This document shows, piece after piece, positions 8,978-18,219 of a stretch of DNA of 64,000 nucleotides. Under the pieces are notes generated by a model. That model was given only the letters and a program-made list of their open reading frames with translations. It made no database searches and was not told the origin of the DNA. Every line of letters starts with the position of its first letter. Position 1 is the first letter of the stretch. Source of the stretch: an uncultured Candidatus Binatia bacterium (GTDB lineage Bacteria; Desulfobacterota; Binatia; Bin18). Both the position numbers and the translations under genes were made by a program. The DNA lies in assembly GCA_965214605.1 (NCBI GenBank), contig OZ243961.1, positions 704,001-768,000 of the forward strand, written 5' to 3'.

Positions 8978-9601
8978 TCACTGCTGAGCTGTGCCGCTTG
9001 TGTTGTCGCTGTATTCGTCAAAGATTCTGCGCGCCCGAGGACCGTGGGCGGCTTCGGCTATTTCTGCAGCGGTGAATCTCTGACCTCCGGTTGCTCTGAT
9101 ACCGGGATCCACGTCCCCAGTATCGAGCAAGAGCTTTATGTGGTCTGTGAGGTGGAGTGTCGCGGTGTGATGGAGTACGGTAAAACCCGATCGACTCTGC
9201 ATATTAAGTATTTGACGCCGTAATCCTGCAAACTGTTGATCCTTTTGCGTGAGTCTAGCTTCCAGTTCCTCGACCAGATGTAGGAAGTCTTTAAAAAGCG
9301 TGGGGTCGGCCCATCTTATGCCCGATTCGTTCATCCCCCATGTTTGCTCAAGAAAATGGCTCGATAAAGGAACCCCCTCGCTCGATAAGGTATTTGAAAA
9401 ATTCTGCTCGGACTCCATCAGGACGCGCTCCAAACAAGTGAGCAGCTGTCCCCTCTGGCCACTCTGCAACTTATGAGCGGTAAAAGTGGCAATTTCCTGA
9501 TGGGTGTTGACATCTGAGCAACTCTGCGCAGTGACTCCCGCAGGAACACTCAAAAGTCCACCCAGCAGCGCCAAGGCTGCGATGGTCTTCAGTAACCTCA
9601 T
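8978..9601 (-). CDS. Secreted hypothetical protein with a C-terminal ankyrin-like repeat
   Basis: Signal peptide MRLLKTIAALALLGGLLSVPAGVTA; GFTVLHHTA...IKLLLDTG..DP.....G..TAAEIA fits the ankyrin consensus. Confidence 0.6.
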   Translation of the reverse strand: MRLLKTIAALALLGGLLSVPAGVTAQSCSDVNTHQEIATFTAHKLQSGQRGQLLTCLERVLMESEQNFSNTLSSEGVPLSSHFLEQTWGMNESGIRWADPTLFKDFLHLVEELEARLTQKDQQFAGLRRQILNMQSRSGFTVLHHTATLHLTDHIKLLLDTGDVDPGIRATGGQRFTAAEIAEAAHGPRARRIFDEYSDNTSGTAQQ

Positions 9602-9850
9602 ATCATAATAAGGAACAAATTTCGGACTAAGGGTCAACCGGTTGCAAGCACTTACCTTTTCAAGCGCGCTAGCGGAACGGCCAAGACAAAGGCCTTAGGC
9701 GGACTAACTACAATTTTCTTTTAGGAGTAGGGATTTGAGCAGCAACTCAGCCTGCTTTACCAAAGAGAATGCGCTCCGCCGCCCAGTGAGGTCGGATTAG
9801 CGAAGCCGTAATCCGACACAACCGCAAGCGGACTCTGTACACGCTTACCG

Positions 9851-10204
9851 CTACGACCGGGCGAAAATCTGCACGATGTTGCCAGCGGGATCGGTCGCGG
9901 TGAAATACCGGCCGTGACCACCCATATCGACGATATCGTTCACCTGGACACCGTTTTGGGTCAGCTTCTCCCACATTTCTCCTAGATCATCGACCTCTAA
10001 CACTACGGTGCCCCCACCACCCGGCGGAACCGTTCCTTCGCTCGGGTCGGCGAGCGCAACGGCCACACCGTTCACATCGAACTGGGTCCATCGGTCGCCA
10101 TCCCGAAATTTGATAGCCAGCCCCAGGACGTCCTGGTAGAAGCCCACCGCCTTGTCCATATCCTTGACCACGTAATACGCGCTGGAAAATTTCTTGACTG
10201 CCAT
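9851..10204 (-). CDS. VOC/glyoxalase family protein
   Basis: VKDMDKAVGFYQDVLGL, VVLEVDDL, DPAGNIVQI; RBS GGAGG. Confidence 0.9.
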   Translation of the reverse strand: MAVKKFSSAYYVVKDMDKAVGFYQDVLGLAIKFRDGDRWTQFDVNGVAVALADPSEGTVPPGGGGTVVLEVDDLGEMWEKLTQNGVQVNDIVDMGGHGRYFTATDPAGNIVQIFARS

Positions 10205-10328
10205 ATGCGCCGCCCTCCTCTACAGTTCGATATCGTCGCTGCCCAGCTATCAATTTTTTGTCGGCAGCGCAAACCAAGACAGAGCCAGTAGCCTCCCACC
10301 CTATTTTGGATTACAATCCGCGCCGCCT

Positions 10329-11192
10329 ATGCCGGAATTGCCCGAAGTTGAAACCATCGCCCGTAAACTGCGCCGAGGCCAGGCGCTCGAACCGGGCTTC
10401 CCGCCCTACCCGACTCCGCTAGGCCGCACCATCACAGCCGTGTGGCTGGACTGGCCACGGGCCGTTCGTCCCTCCGCAGACACGCTCATCCAAACCTTGC
10501 CGGGCCATCGCCTTGACTCAATCGGACGGCGTGGCAAATACCTGATCTTTGGCCTAAGGTCTATCTCCTCTCCCTCTTCACGCTATCTGCTCATCCATCT
10601 GAAAATGAGCGGCCGCCTCCATGTCCTAGAAGCAGACTTGCCGCGCGAAAAGCACGTACACTTTGCCTGCACCCTGGATAATGGTTACGAGCTGCGCTTC
10701 AACGACACGCGCAAATTTGGTCGGGTGTATCTGGTTGATGACTTTGACGAAGTCACCGGCCATCTCGGCCCTGAGCCGCTGGAAGAGACATTCACGCTGA
10801 ACGTCTTGCGGGCGCTGCTGACAAAGAAATCCGGCGGCCTTAAAGCCTTGCTCCTCAACCAATCGTTTATCGCCGGTATCGGCAACATTTATGCCGACGA
10901 GGCCCTGTGGCGGGCAAAGATTCACCCGCTGCGCCGGGCGAACAGTCTGCAAGCCGCAGAGATCGCCGCACTGCGCCGGGCAATTCGGGCCGCGCTCAGA
11001 GACGGCCTCAAACACGGTGGAGCGGCTATTGATTGGGTCTACCCAGAGGGCAAATATCAAGACCATTTCCGGGTCTATAAACAGGCCGATAAGCCGTGTC
11101 GTCGCTGCAAAACCAAGATCGAACGGATCCTCGTCGGCCAGCGCAGTACCCACTTTTGTCCTACCTGCCAAGTTGCAATCGGCGAACATTGA
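10329..11192 (+). CDS. mutM: Formamidopyrimidine-DNA glycosylase (Fpg/MutM)
   Basis: MPELPEVET start, [29 protein letters not shown]-terminal zinc finger CRRC...CPTCQ. Confidence 0.95.
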   Translation: MPELPEVETIARKLRRGQALEPGFPPYPTPLGRTITAVWLDWPRAVRPSADTLIQTLPGHRLDSIGRRGKYLIFGLRSISSPSSRYLLIHLKMSGRLHVLEADLPREKHVHFACTLDNGYELRFNDTRKFGRVYLVDDFDEVTGHLGPEPLEETFTLNVLRALLTKKSGGLKALLLNQSFIAGIGNIYADEALWRAKIHPLRRANSLQAAEIAALRRAIRAALRDGLKHGGAAIDWVYPEGKYQDHFRVYKQADKPCRRCKTKIERILVGQRSTHFCPTCQVAIGEH

Positions 11193-11448
11193 ACAGTATG
11201 CTTGTCAAGAGGAGGTCGGTGCGAAAGCATCGGACAGCCTGTGGCTGACGGCGTGCACGCCGGTGCACAGACGTTGCCGCTCGCAAAGCATGTCCGGACG
11301 CTTGCACTGCGGATGGTCATTTAATGATTTCAAGCCGCTGGTGCCAGACCACAGATTGACAGTATTGATCAATTCTGCTCCTTCCTCGACAGCCCCTCTT
11401 ACCTACGCTAGATTTCCGCTGAGGAAACAAAAAAACAGGGAGGATAGC

Positions 11449-12135
11449 ATGATCGATCTCTACACCTGGCCGACGCCAAACGGCCACAAGGTTCACATTT
11501 TTCTCGAAGAAACCGGCCTGCCGTATACCGTCCACGCCATCGATATTGGCAAGGGAGATCAGTTTGCAGCCGAGTTTCTCAAAATCAGCCCGAACAACAA
11601 AATGCCGGCTATTGTTGACCAAGACGGACCGGGTGGAAAGCCGTATCCACTCTTTGAATCTGGAGCGATTCTGTTGTATCTGGCCGAGAAGACAGGTCAG
11701 TATATGCCCACAGATACGGCTGGCCGCTACGAGGTCATCCAGTGGTTAATGTTTCAGATGGGCGGCATCGGTCCAATGTTGGGCCAGGCGCACCATTTTC
11801 GCCTATACGCTCCAGAAAAAATCGACTACGCCTTTAACCGCTACACCAACGAAGCCGCCCGCCTCTACCGCGTTGTTGATAAACGCCTGAGCGATCATGA
11901 ATATCTGGCCGGCGAGTATTCGATTGCCGACATGGCGACGTTTCCATGGCTGCGCTATCACGAAAATCAGGGCCAGCGGCTTGAGGACTATCCGCATCTG
12001 AAGCGCTGGTATGATGGGCTTGAAGCTCGGCCGGCCGTACAACGCGGCTTGGCAATCCTCAAAGATGCGGCAAAACCCATGGACGAAAAGGCTAAGATGA
12101 TACTGTTCGGCAAACAGCAGTACGAGACACGCTAA
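11449..12135 (+). CDS. yfcG: Glutathione S-transferase, YfcG-like disulfide-bond oxidoreductase
   Basis: [43 protein letters not shown]; RBS GGAGG. Confidence 0.88.
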   Translation: MIDLYTWPTPNGHKVHIFLEETGLPYTVHAIDIGKGDQFAAEFLKISPNNKMPAIVDQDGPGGKPYPLFESGAILLYLAEKTGQYMPTDTAGRYEVIQWLMFQMGGIGPMLGQAHHFRLYAPEKIDYAFNRYTNEAARLYRVVDKRLSDHEYLAGEYSIADMATFPWLRYHENQGQRLEDYPHLKRWYDGLEARPAVQRGLAILKDAAKPMDEKAKMILFGKQQYETR

Positions 12136-12160
12136 CAGATGGCGGGAGCCTCGGGCCTGG

Positions 12161-13513
12161 TCAATGCTCCACTATCCTAAACGGCTCTTCCGGCTCCCGG
12201 TACCGATAGGGCCGGACGCGGCGCTGGTGCCGAACGCCGTGCAAGCCGACCCGGTCGGTAAGATTTAACACAATGGACATCAGATCTTTTCCATACACCT
12301 GGCCAAGGCCTCCCTGGAAAGCCGTCCGTTCATGAAACTGCGAGACCTGATCGACCAACACATTTGGTCCGCCCGCAATGAGCAGAGGCACGGCCTCGCC
12401 CGAATGGATCAGGGGCCCACGACTCGGTGTGGCATGATCGCCCGTCACCACGACAAGGAGATCGTGACTATGTTCAATCCGCTGCACCACCGGCCTTAAG
12501 GCCGAGTCAAGCTGACCAATAATGTGCTTTTTCTCAAACGGATCTTTGCGATGGGCGGCGAGGTCCGGCCCTTTGGTATGCACATGGACAAATTCATAGC
12601 CGCGCTGAAAAAGCTCATCTACGGTCTGAAGCTTGTCTTGAAAATCCTGTAACATACTCGAATGGTGCGCCACCTTGACCGGGGTCATGCCACACACCCG
12701 AGCAATACCGGTGTACAGCGGATAGTTCTCAATACTGGCCGCTCGCAGCCCGTTCTGGTCCTGAAAAGGGGCGACCTGTGGTCTAGTTGCGGCCCATTTT
12801 GTCAACAAAAAGTTAATCCCCGCCTGGCGGTCGCGTTGGCGCTGATGGTTGAGCGGATGGGCCTGTAAACGCGTGTGCGCCCAGGCTAAGTACGCATTTA
12901 AGGCGCGTGCCGTCCGCTGGGCGTTGTCTTGGTCGGCAGCTTCTTCTAAGGGGAGGGCCTTGGCCACGGCCATACCATTCGCAAACGGATCAACATCGGA
13001 CACATACCGACTCGGGTGACCGGTCAGGCTCAAAATACCCTCACACCGTCCGCACTCTTGCAGGGAAAAGTGGATGTCGTGGCTCTCATACTCGGCAACA
13101 GCCGCACTCAGCACCCGACAGTCATGCTCGTCTTTTACCTGGTGCCGCTCCCACAGGAGAGCGTCACGGTAGACAATCCGGTCACGAACCGTTGTGGCGG
13201 CAAAGCTGGCTAGCAGGATAACCGAGTTAGCATGAACCTCGATGCCTCTGCCAATGGCCTCAAACGCGGCCCGACCCGGAAATTGCTCAAGCGGATAACC
13301 AAACAGCAGAAAGTGGGAGGTCTCGCTCTCCAAGGGGAGCCCCGGGGCAAGCGGGATGAGCTGGCCGTTCACACCGAGCTGGGCTAAGCGGTCAAGGTAC
13401 GGGGTGTGGGCGGCTTCGAGCGGTGTTTTTCCGCCCAGCGCCGCTTGGGGTCGGTCAGCAAGACCGTCGAGAACAATAAACAAGATGGGGATCTGGGCGT
13501 GAGCCTTCGGCAT
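12161..13513 (-). CDS. apgM: 2,3-bisphosphoglycerate-independent phosphoglycerate mutase, ApgM (AlkP superfamily)
   Basis: LDGLADRP, TPLEAAHTP, GRAAFEA, HTKGPD..AH, TGDHATP, HSGEAVP. Confidence 0.8.
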   Translation of the reverse strand: MPKAHAQIPILFIVLDGLADRPQAALGGKTPLEAAHTPYLDRLAQLGVNGQLIPLAPGLPLESETSHFLLFGYPLEQFPGRAAFEAIGRGIEVHANSVILLASFAATTVRDRIVYRDALLWERHQVKDEHDCRVLSAAVAEYESHDIHFSLQECGRCEGILSLTGHPSRYVSDVDPFANGMAVAKALPLEEAADQDNAQRTARALNAYLAWAHTRLQAHPLNHQRQRDRQAGINFLLTKWAATRPQVAPFQDQNGLRAASIENYPLYTGIARVCGMTPVKVAHHSSMLQDFQDKLQTVDELFQRGYEFVHVHTKGPDLAAHRKDPFEKKHIIGQLDSALRPVVQRIEHSHDLLVVVTGDHATPSRGPLIHSGEAVPLLIAGGPNVLVDQVSQFHERTAFQGGLGQVYGKDLMSIVLNLTDRVGLHGVRHQRRVRPYRYREPEEPFRIVEH

Positions 13514-13535
13514 AGTGGCAGGAGGACTATCCCCC

Positions 13536-14090
13536 CTACTTTCCTCCCTTCCGTTGTAATCTTTCCTCGGCGTGTATGGCGCGTAAGACCTCGACGACTG
13601 CGTGTGGCACACAGGCTTCCCAGCCCTGGCCGGTCCTGAGCTTGTGGCGCACTTCGCTCCCGCTCACCTGTTTTGCCGCTCCCCTGTCCAGGACTTCCAC
13701 CGTCCAACCGCCGGCTTCGAGGCGCCGGAGTTTTTCGTGGCCCCAATCTGAAAACAAGCGGACATACTGAACAGCGTCAGCTGGACAGTACGCCCACCAG
13801 CGCTCAGAATGATGAATGGGAAAGGGAACGACCGAGCAACACGCCGCCTCAACCCCGGCTTCGGCCAGAGCGGCACGGACCATCCATTGGCGCTCAAAAA
13901 AGCTGAACGGGTTGGCATCAGGCTGATGGCGCCGGGGGTCTGTGGACTCTTCGACAACTGCCGATGGATCAGGGTTGGTAATACCGACAATCAGATGCGA
14001 GCAGCGAGACAGGGCGGCCATCGCGTATTCCAAATGTCCCGTATGAAACGGCTGAAAACGGCCGTGAATCATGCCGTAGCGCGCGGTCAT
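13536..14090 (-). CDS. Nucleotidyltransferase, NadM-like NMN adenylyltransferase family
   Basis: GRFQPFHTGH (HxGH), GITNPD, NPFSFFER, SGSEVR, W...VP. Confidence 0.85.
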   Translation of the reverse strand: MTARYGMIHGRFQPFHTGHLEYAMAALSRCSHLIVGITNPDPSAVVEESTDPRRHQPDANPFSFFERQWMVRAALAEAGVEAACCSVVPFPIHHSERWWAYCPADAVQYVRLFSDWGHEKLRRLEAGGWTVEVLDRGAAKQVSGSEVRHKLRTGQGWEACVPHAVVEVLRAIHAEERLQRKGGK

Positions 14091-14107
14091 CCTTGATTCG
14101 CCTAGTG

Positions 14108-14482
14108 TCAGTATGATTGATCCGAGTTTGAGTCTTCCAAAGGAATAATCAGCGACTTGCGCGGCTGGCCATTTACTGCCCGGCTGATATGGCCCTGGCC
14201 GGCCGTATCTTCGGCCAGGAGGATTTCTCCGCTGCCCAAGATTCGCTTGGTGCCATCGCCAATCTCGATTTCCACCTCCCCCTCAAGCGTAACCACATAC
14301 TGGCGGCGTGGCGCGTTGTGCCAGCTCAAGTTGTAATCGCCCGAGTTCTCGCGGAAGATAACCCCCTTGGCTGGCATCAGGGAAGACATACTGCCGCCCG
14401 GACCGCCGTCTTTCAGTTCAACGTCAAGGTCCTCAAAATGGGACTGATTATCGGAGCCGGTGTAGATGCGAGTAACTTTCAT
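14108..14482 (-). CDS. Cupin-domain protein
   Basis: SHFED, WHNAPRRQYVVTLEG, AEDTAGQGHISR. Confidence 0.85.
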   Translation of the reverse strand: MKVTRIYTGSDNQSHFEDLDVELKDGGPGGSMSSLMPAKGVIFRENSGDYNLSWHNAPRRQYVVTLEGEVEIEIGDGTKRILGSGEILLAEDTAGQGHISRAVNGQPRKSLIIPLEDSNSDQSY

Positions 14483-14505
14483 CGTGTTTCCTTTCAGCTT
14501 CGCAC

Positions 14506-15477
14506 TTATTTTGGGGCCAGTAGATTGAGGGCCTTGCGCGTCGCCGCCAAACGCTCCTCGTTCACCGGACTAACGGCCAGCACCGGCATACCCGCCCCAG
14601 CCTCATGAAATGCGGCCAGCTGCTCACGGCACATGCTCGGCGGGCCAAACACGCACACCTGGTCGACCATCCGATCAGACACCAGGGCTGCAGCAGCTTT
14701 GCGGTCTCTCGTTTGCCAGGCCTGTTGCATGGCGTTGACCTCATCGACAAATCCGCACCGTCGCCACTGGAGCCGATAAAAGGGCAGCTGGGCAAAAAAG
14801 GCCAAATTATAGCGCGCCGCAGAACGCGCCTGCTCAACATCTTCAGCGATAAAGGTCGGAATGCTGACGATACAGTCGATCTGTTCGGAATCTTTGCCAA
14901 CTCGCTGAGCCGCCGCCTTGGCCGCCTCAAGCAGGGTCGTCAGATACGTCCGGGCGGGCAGGAAAGGCATGATGCCGTCGGCTTCTTCACCGCCAACCGC
15001 AGCACTCTCAGCCGTCACCGAGGCAACATAAACCGGGACGTGGTGTTGGGACGCGCGGGGTCGAAAAAAAGCGCCAATTGACTCTCCGTTCAGCGTTTTC
15101 TTGAGCGTCTGTACGTATGAACGCATATACGCCCGGGGCTGATCCATCTTCATTCCTAGCGATTCAATCAGCGGCCGGTGACTCACTCCCAGTCCCAGGA
15201 CCAGGCGGCCGTCCGACAGCTCGGCGATCGTCCAAGCCGTCATGGCGGCCAGAAACGGGTGGCGAAAATAGATATTGGCAATGTTGGTTCCGACCTGTAT
15301 CCGAGAGGTCGCCAGCGCAATCGCCTCGGCACAAGCGAGGGCGTCCCCGCGCCCTTCATTCACCAATATCGCGGCAAAGCCCCGGTCTTCTGCCAACTTG
15401 CCTAACTCAACAAACTCCTTTGGCGGGGCTTCGGTTGCCGTTGACAACACGACCCCCAGACGAAATTGACCGGCCAT
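14506..15477 (-). CDS. LLM class flavin/F420-dependent oxidoreductase
   Basis: ATSRIQVGTNIANIYFRHP, LSDGRLVLGLGVSH. Confidence 0.88.
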   Translation of the reverse strand: MAGQFRLGVVLSTATEAPPKEFVELGKLAEDRGFAAILVNEGRGDALACAEAIALATSRIQVGTNIANIYFRHPFLAAMTAWTIAELSDGRLVLGLGVSHRPLIESLGMKMDQPRAYMRSYVQTLKKTLNGESIGAFFRPRASQHHVPVYVASVTAESAAVGGEEADGIMPFLPARTYLTTLLEAAKAAAQRVGKDSEQIDCIVSIPTFIAEDVEQARSAARYNLAFFAQLPFYRLQWRRCGFVDEVNAMQQAWQTRDRKAAAALVSDRMVDQVCVFGPPSMCREQLAAFHEAGAGMPVLAVSPVNEERLAATRKALNLLAPK

Positions 15478-15512
15478 AGCCTCTCCTTTCCTCTCAGGCG
15501 TGCGGACTTGGC

Positions 15513-15812
15513 CTACTCGGCTCCTTCCTCCATCACGGGGGGAACATCTCTTCTGTCACCACGAACCGCTTGGGCCTCTAACTCATAGGTCAGCGCGGCT
15601 GGCAGGCCCGTATCAACAACGATAAGCTTGCCTCGCTCTCCAATATACTGATACCGACCGGGCTGTGGGCGCAGTAACCAGCTGATGAGGCACAGTACGA
15701 GGAGAGCGATCAAACCAAACATCTGCCACGTTAAAAGCCTGAGGTAGCGTTCTATTTTTCTGAGACTGAGCCCCGAGTCGCCTACGTCGGCCCGTACACT
15801 TTTGGACGCCAT
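15513..15812 (-). CDS. Small hypothetical single-TM membrane protein
   Basis: RBS AGGAGG; one hydrophobic segment followed by GRYQ; fills the gap in a co-oriented gene run. Confidence 0.6.
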   Translation of the reverse strand: MASKSVRADVGDSGLSLRKIERYLRLLTWQMFGLIALLVLCLISWLLRPQPGRYQYIGERGKLIVVDTGLPAALTYELEAQAVRGDRRDVPPVMEEGAE

Positions 15813-16024
15813 TCTTCCTCCTTAACGGAATAGACTTGTCTTTCTATAAAAGGTCTGCCAAGAATTCTCAACTCGGCCCGTCCGACAAACCCGGCTCCGG
15901 CCTACTCTGCTCCACCAACTCTCCGCATATTGTTTTTTCTCGTGTTCTGTGGTTCTGTAGCATCTCTCACCTCACGCGTCGGTTCTTTCAGCCATCAGTA
16001 AAGGCGCAGAAGGCAGGGCGAGGC

Positions 16025-16813
16025 ATGGGCATCAAGACGAGACACGGGCGGATGCATAACAATCCGAGGCAGCACGACCGTCGGGCAGCTATAAAGGCCG
16101 ACATGCGCCGCACGATCTGGCAGCTGTTGAGCGATCAGCAGGTCAGCCGTTTCCCCGGAGCCGAGAACCGTATTCCACACTTTACCGGTGCTGAGGCCGC
16201 CGCCCAGCTGCTCCAAGAGTTGACGGTGTGGCGCAAGGCGCGGGTGATCAAAATCAACGCCGATGCGCCTCAACTGCCGGTGCGCCGCGCGGCCCTGGCC
16301 GACGGCAAGATCCTGTACCTCTCCGTTCCTCGACTCAAATCCGAGAAGTGTTTTGTCGAGCTTGATCCTCAGCGGCTTGGCAGCCGTTGCCTGTTGGTCA
16401 ATAGCCTGCGCGGGGCGCTGAAATATGGGCAGCTGCTCGCCCCGCGTGAAATGCGACACATTGACGTTGTCGTCTGTGGCTCGGTCGCGGCCGGCCGTGA
16501 TGGGGCGCGTCTTGGCCTGGGAGGTGGGTTTGCCGACCTGGAGTACGCTCTGCTGCGCGAAGAAGGCTGGGTACGTGAGCTCACGCCGATCATTAGCACC
16601 ATCCATCCGCTCCAGATCATGGTGTCCAAAATCCCGATGCTGCCCCACGACGTGCCGGTTGATTTCATTGTCACGCCCAAAGACGTCATTGCCACGCGCT
16701 CTATCTACCCCCGACCGCGCGGTATTTACTGGGATTTGCTGCGGGAAACGAATGTGAACGCAATTCCAATTCTGCGCAAACGCATGCGCCAGGGAAACAC
16801 CGGGACACGTTAG
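16025..16813 (+). CDS. 5-formyltetrahydrofolate cyclo-ligase family protein
   Basis: RIPHFTGAEAAA, DAPQLPVR, VPRL, GSVA...GARLGLGGGFADLE, HDVPVDFIVTP; start could also be 16052. Confidence 0.85.
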   Translation: MGIKTRHGRMHNNPRQHDRRAAIKADMRRTIWQLLSDQQVSRFPGAENRIPHFTGAEAAAQLLQELTVWRKARVIKINADAPQLPVRRAALADGKILYLSVPRLKSEKCFVELDPQRLGSRCLLVNSLRGALKYGQLLAPREMRHIDVVVCGSVAAGRDGARLGLGGGFADLEYALLREEGWVRELTPIISTIHPLQIMVSKIPMLPHDVPVDFIVTPKDVIATRSIYPRPRGIYWDLLRETNVNAIPILRKRMRQGNTGTR

Positions 16814-16856
16814 GGCGTGGACACGCCCCGAGGCCGCCAAGCAGCCTCTCTGTCTC

Positions 16857-17606
16857 CTAGCCAAACAAGACAGGGTCTAACTCGGGGATGGCTCTGACCG
16901 TATAGTCCGGCGTCGGGATACCCTGGGGGAGGGCCACACCCGTGGCATTGACCCAGGCACTATCAAGCCCTGCCCGCTTGGCTCCCATGACATCGTCGTG
17001 CGGAGAGTCTCCCACAAACAGGGCATCCTGAGCTGCGATCTGGAGCAGCTCCAGGGTATCGCTGAAGATCTTGGGGTGGGGTTTGCGCCAGCCATGATCG
17101 TCCGAAATGACAATCTGGCGAAAGTAAGGAGCAGCTCCATCTCGGTCAACGATCAACCGAGCGGTTGGTCCATGGTCAAAATTTGAGACTAGGGCAACCG
17201 AATAGGCCGCGTGCACGCGTTGGAGAAACTGAATATGGGCGGCCGGAATTTCTGTCGCTTGAGCCAACAGCCCCATATGGGTCAGCGACAGTTCTTGGGC
17301 GAGCCGTTGGGTCGCCTCACCAACCGGATAGCCCACTCGGACTAGGGCGGACTCAAAACGCCGCATAGACGGGATCTCGCGCATGTCACGGGCTCGCCGC
17401 TCGGCAAATTCTTGATTGACCTCGGACAGAGCGGTAAAAAATTGCTCAAAAGGAGCCGCCGTCACTCTTGCCTCAACTACCGCTTGCAGCTCGCCCATCG
17501 TCGACCGAGCGGTGTGTCCTTTCCAGGCGAACAGAGGCAGACGCTCGGCCTGAAAGAGGGCAACGGTGCTAAACAGGTCAAACAGGACGGCTCGATACGG
17601 CTTCAT
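16857..17606 (-). CDS. HAD superfamily hydrolase
   Basis: Motif I FDLFST, SNFD, RKPHP, VGDSPHDDVMGA. Confidence 0.88.
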   Translation of the reverse strand: MKPYRAVLFDLFSTVALFQAERLPLFAWKGHTARSTMGELQAVVEARVTAAPFEQFFTALSEVNQEFAERRARDMREIPSMRRFESALVRVGYPVGEATQRLAQELSLTHMGLLAQATEIPAAHIQFLQRVHAAYSVALVSNFDHGPTARLIVDRDGAAPYFRQIVISDDHGWRKPHPKIFSDTLELLQIAAQDALFVGDSPHDDVMGAKRAGLDSAWVNATGVALPQGIPTPDYTVRAIPELDPVLFG

Positions 17607-17639
17607 CCATAAACTCCCGATACCAGCTCCTGAGACCGA

Positions 17640-18069
17640 TTAGTGTGGATAGTGCGGTTTGCTAGCCCCCCCACCAATGGGACGGCAACCAGAGAACCCC
17701 TCGGACTGACGATGAAAGTAGGTAATCTCTTTTTCGCCATACTGTCAGCACAGATAGATCTCTTCCTCATCCACTCGGGCCGGAAAATCGACCAGCCCCA
17801 ACGCAAGATCCCTCAACAGACAGCCGTGCTGCTCAATGTCCTGGACAGCCTGGACCATATCTTCAAAAAGCGGGGCAAGTACGGGTCGCAGACGGAGTAG
17901 TTCAGAGGGCGTCAAGTCAGGAAGTGTCTCTTCCCGGCGTTCATAATAATAGCCCGCCAATCTCCTCCCGGATCTGAATGCCGATACGCTGCATCCGCTC
18001 CAGCATAAGCTCGATGTGCGGTAACAAGATGTTTGCTTCTTCAAGACTGAACAGTCGGTCGTGTTTCAT
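17640..18069 (-). pseudogene. DUF2203-family gene disrupted by a frameshift and a nonsense codon
   Basis: MKHDRLFSLEEANILLP... shifts frame near 17945, continues ...GLVDFPA...IYLC, has TGA at 17745-17747 where the family has W, then QYGEKEITYFH...GFSGCRP to TAA at 17640. Confidence 0.7.
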
Positions 18070-18111
18070 AACAATGTTCTCAGACAGGCGGAGCATATGC
18101 TTGTATCCAGT

Positions 18112-18153
18112 CTTTCCCCCTTGTGCAAGTGGTTACTTTCCCCCTTGTGCAAG
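18112..18153. repeat. Perfect 18-bp direct repeat in the divergent promoter upstream of lon
   Basis: CTTTCCCCCTTGTGCAAG at 18112-18129 and 18136-18153. Confidence 0.8.
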
Positions 18154-18219
18154 CAGAGACCATGTACTATGGTTTTTGTTAGGGTGTAACATCCCAGCCT
18201 ATAATTTGGAGGAGGCCTC

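Noticed and set aside
10891-11448. Long N-terminal extension of the GST ORF
   Set aside because: It overlaps mutM in another frame; the real start is ATG 11449 behind GGAGG.
17745-17747. TGA read as Trp or selenocysteine
   Set aside because: Many intact genes here end in TGA, the same gene also has a frameshift, and the position is a conserved Trp rather than Cys.
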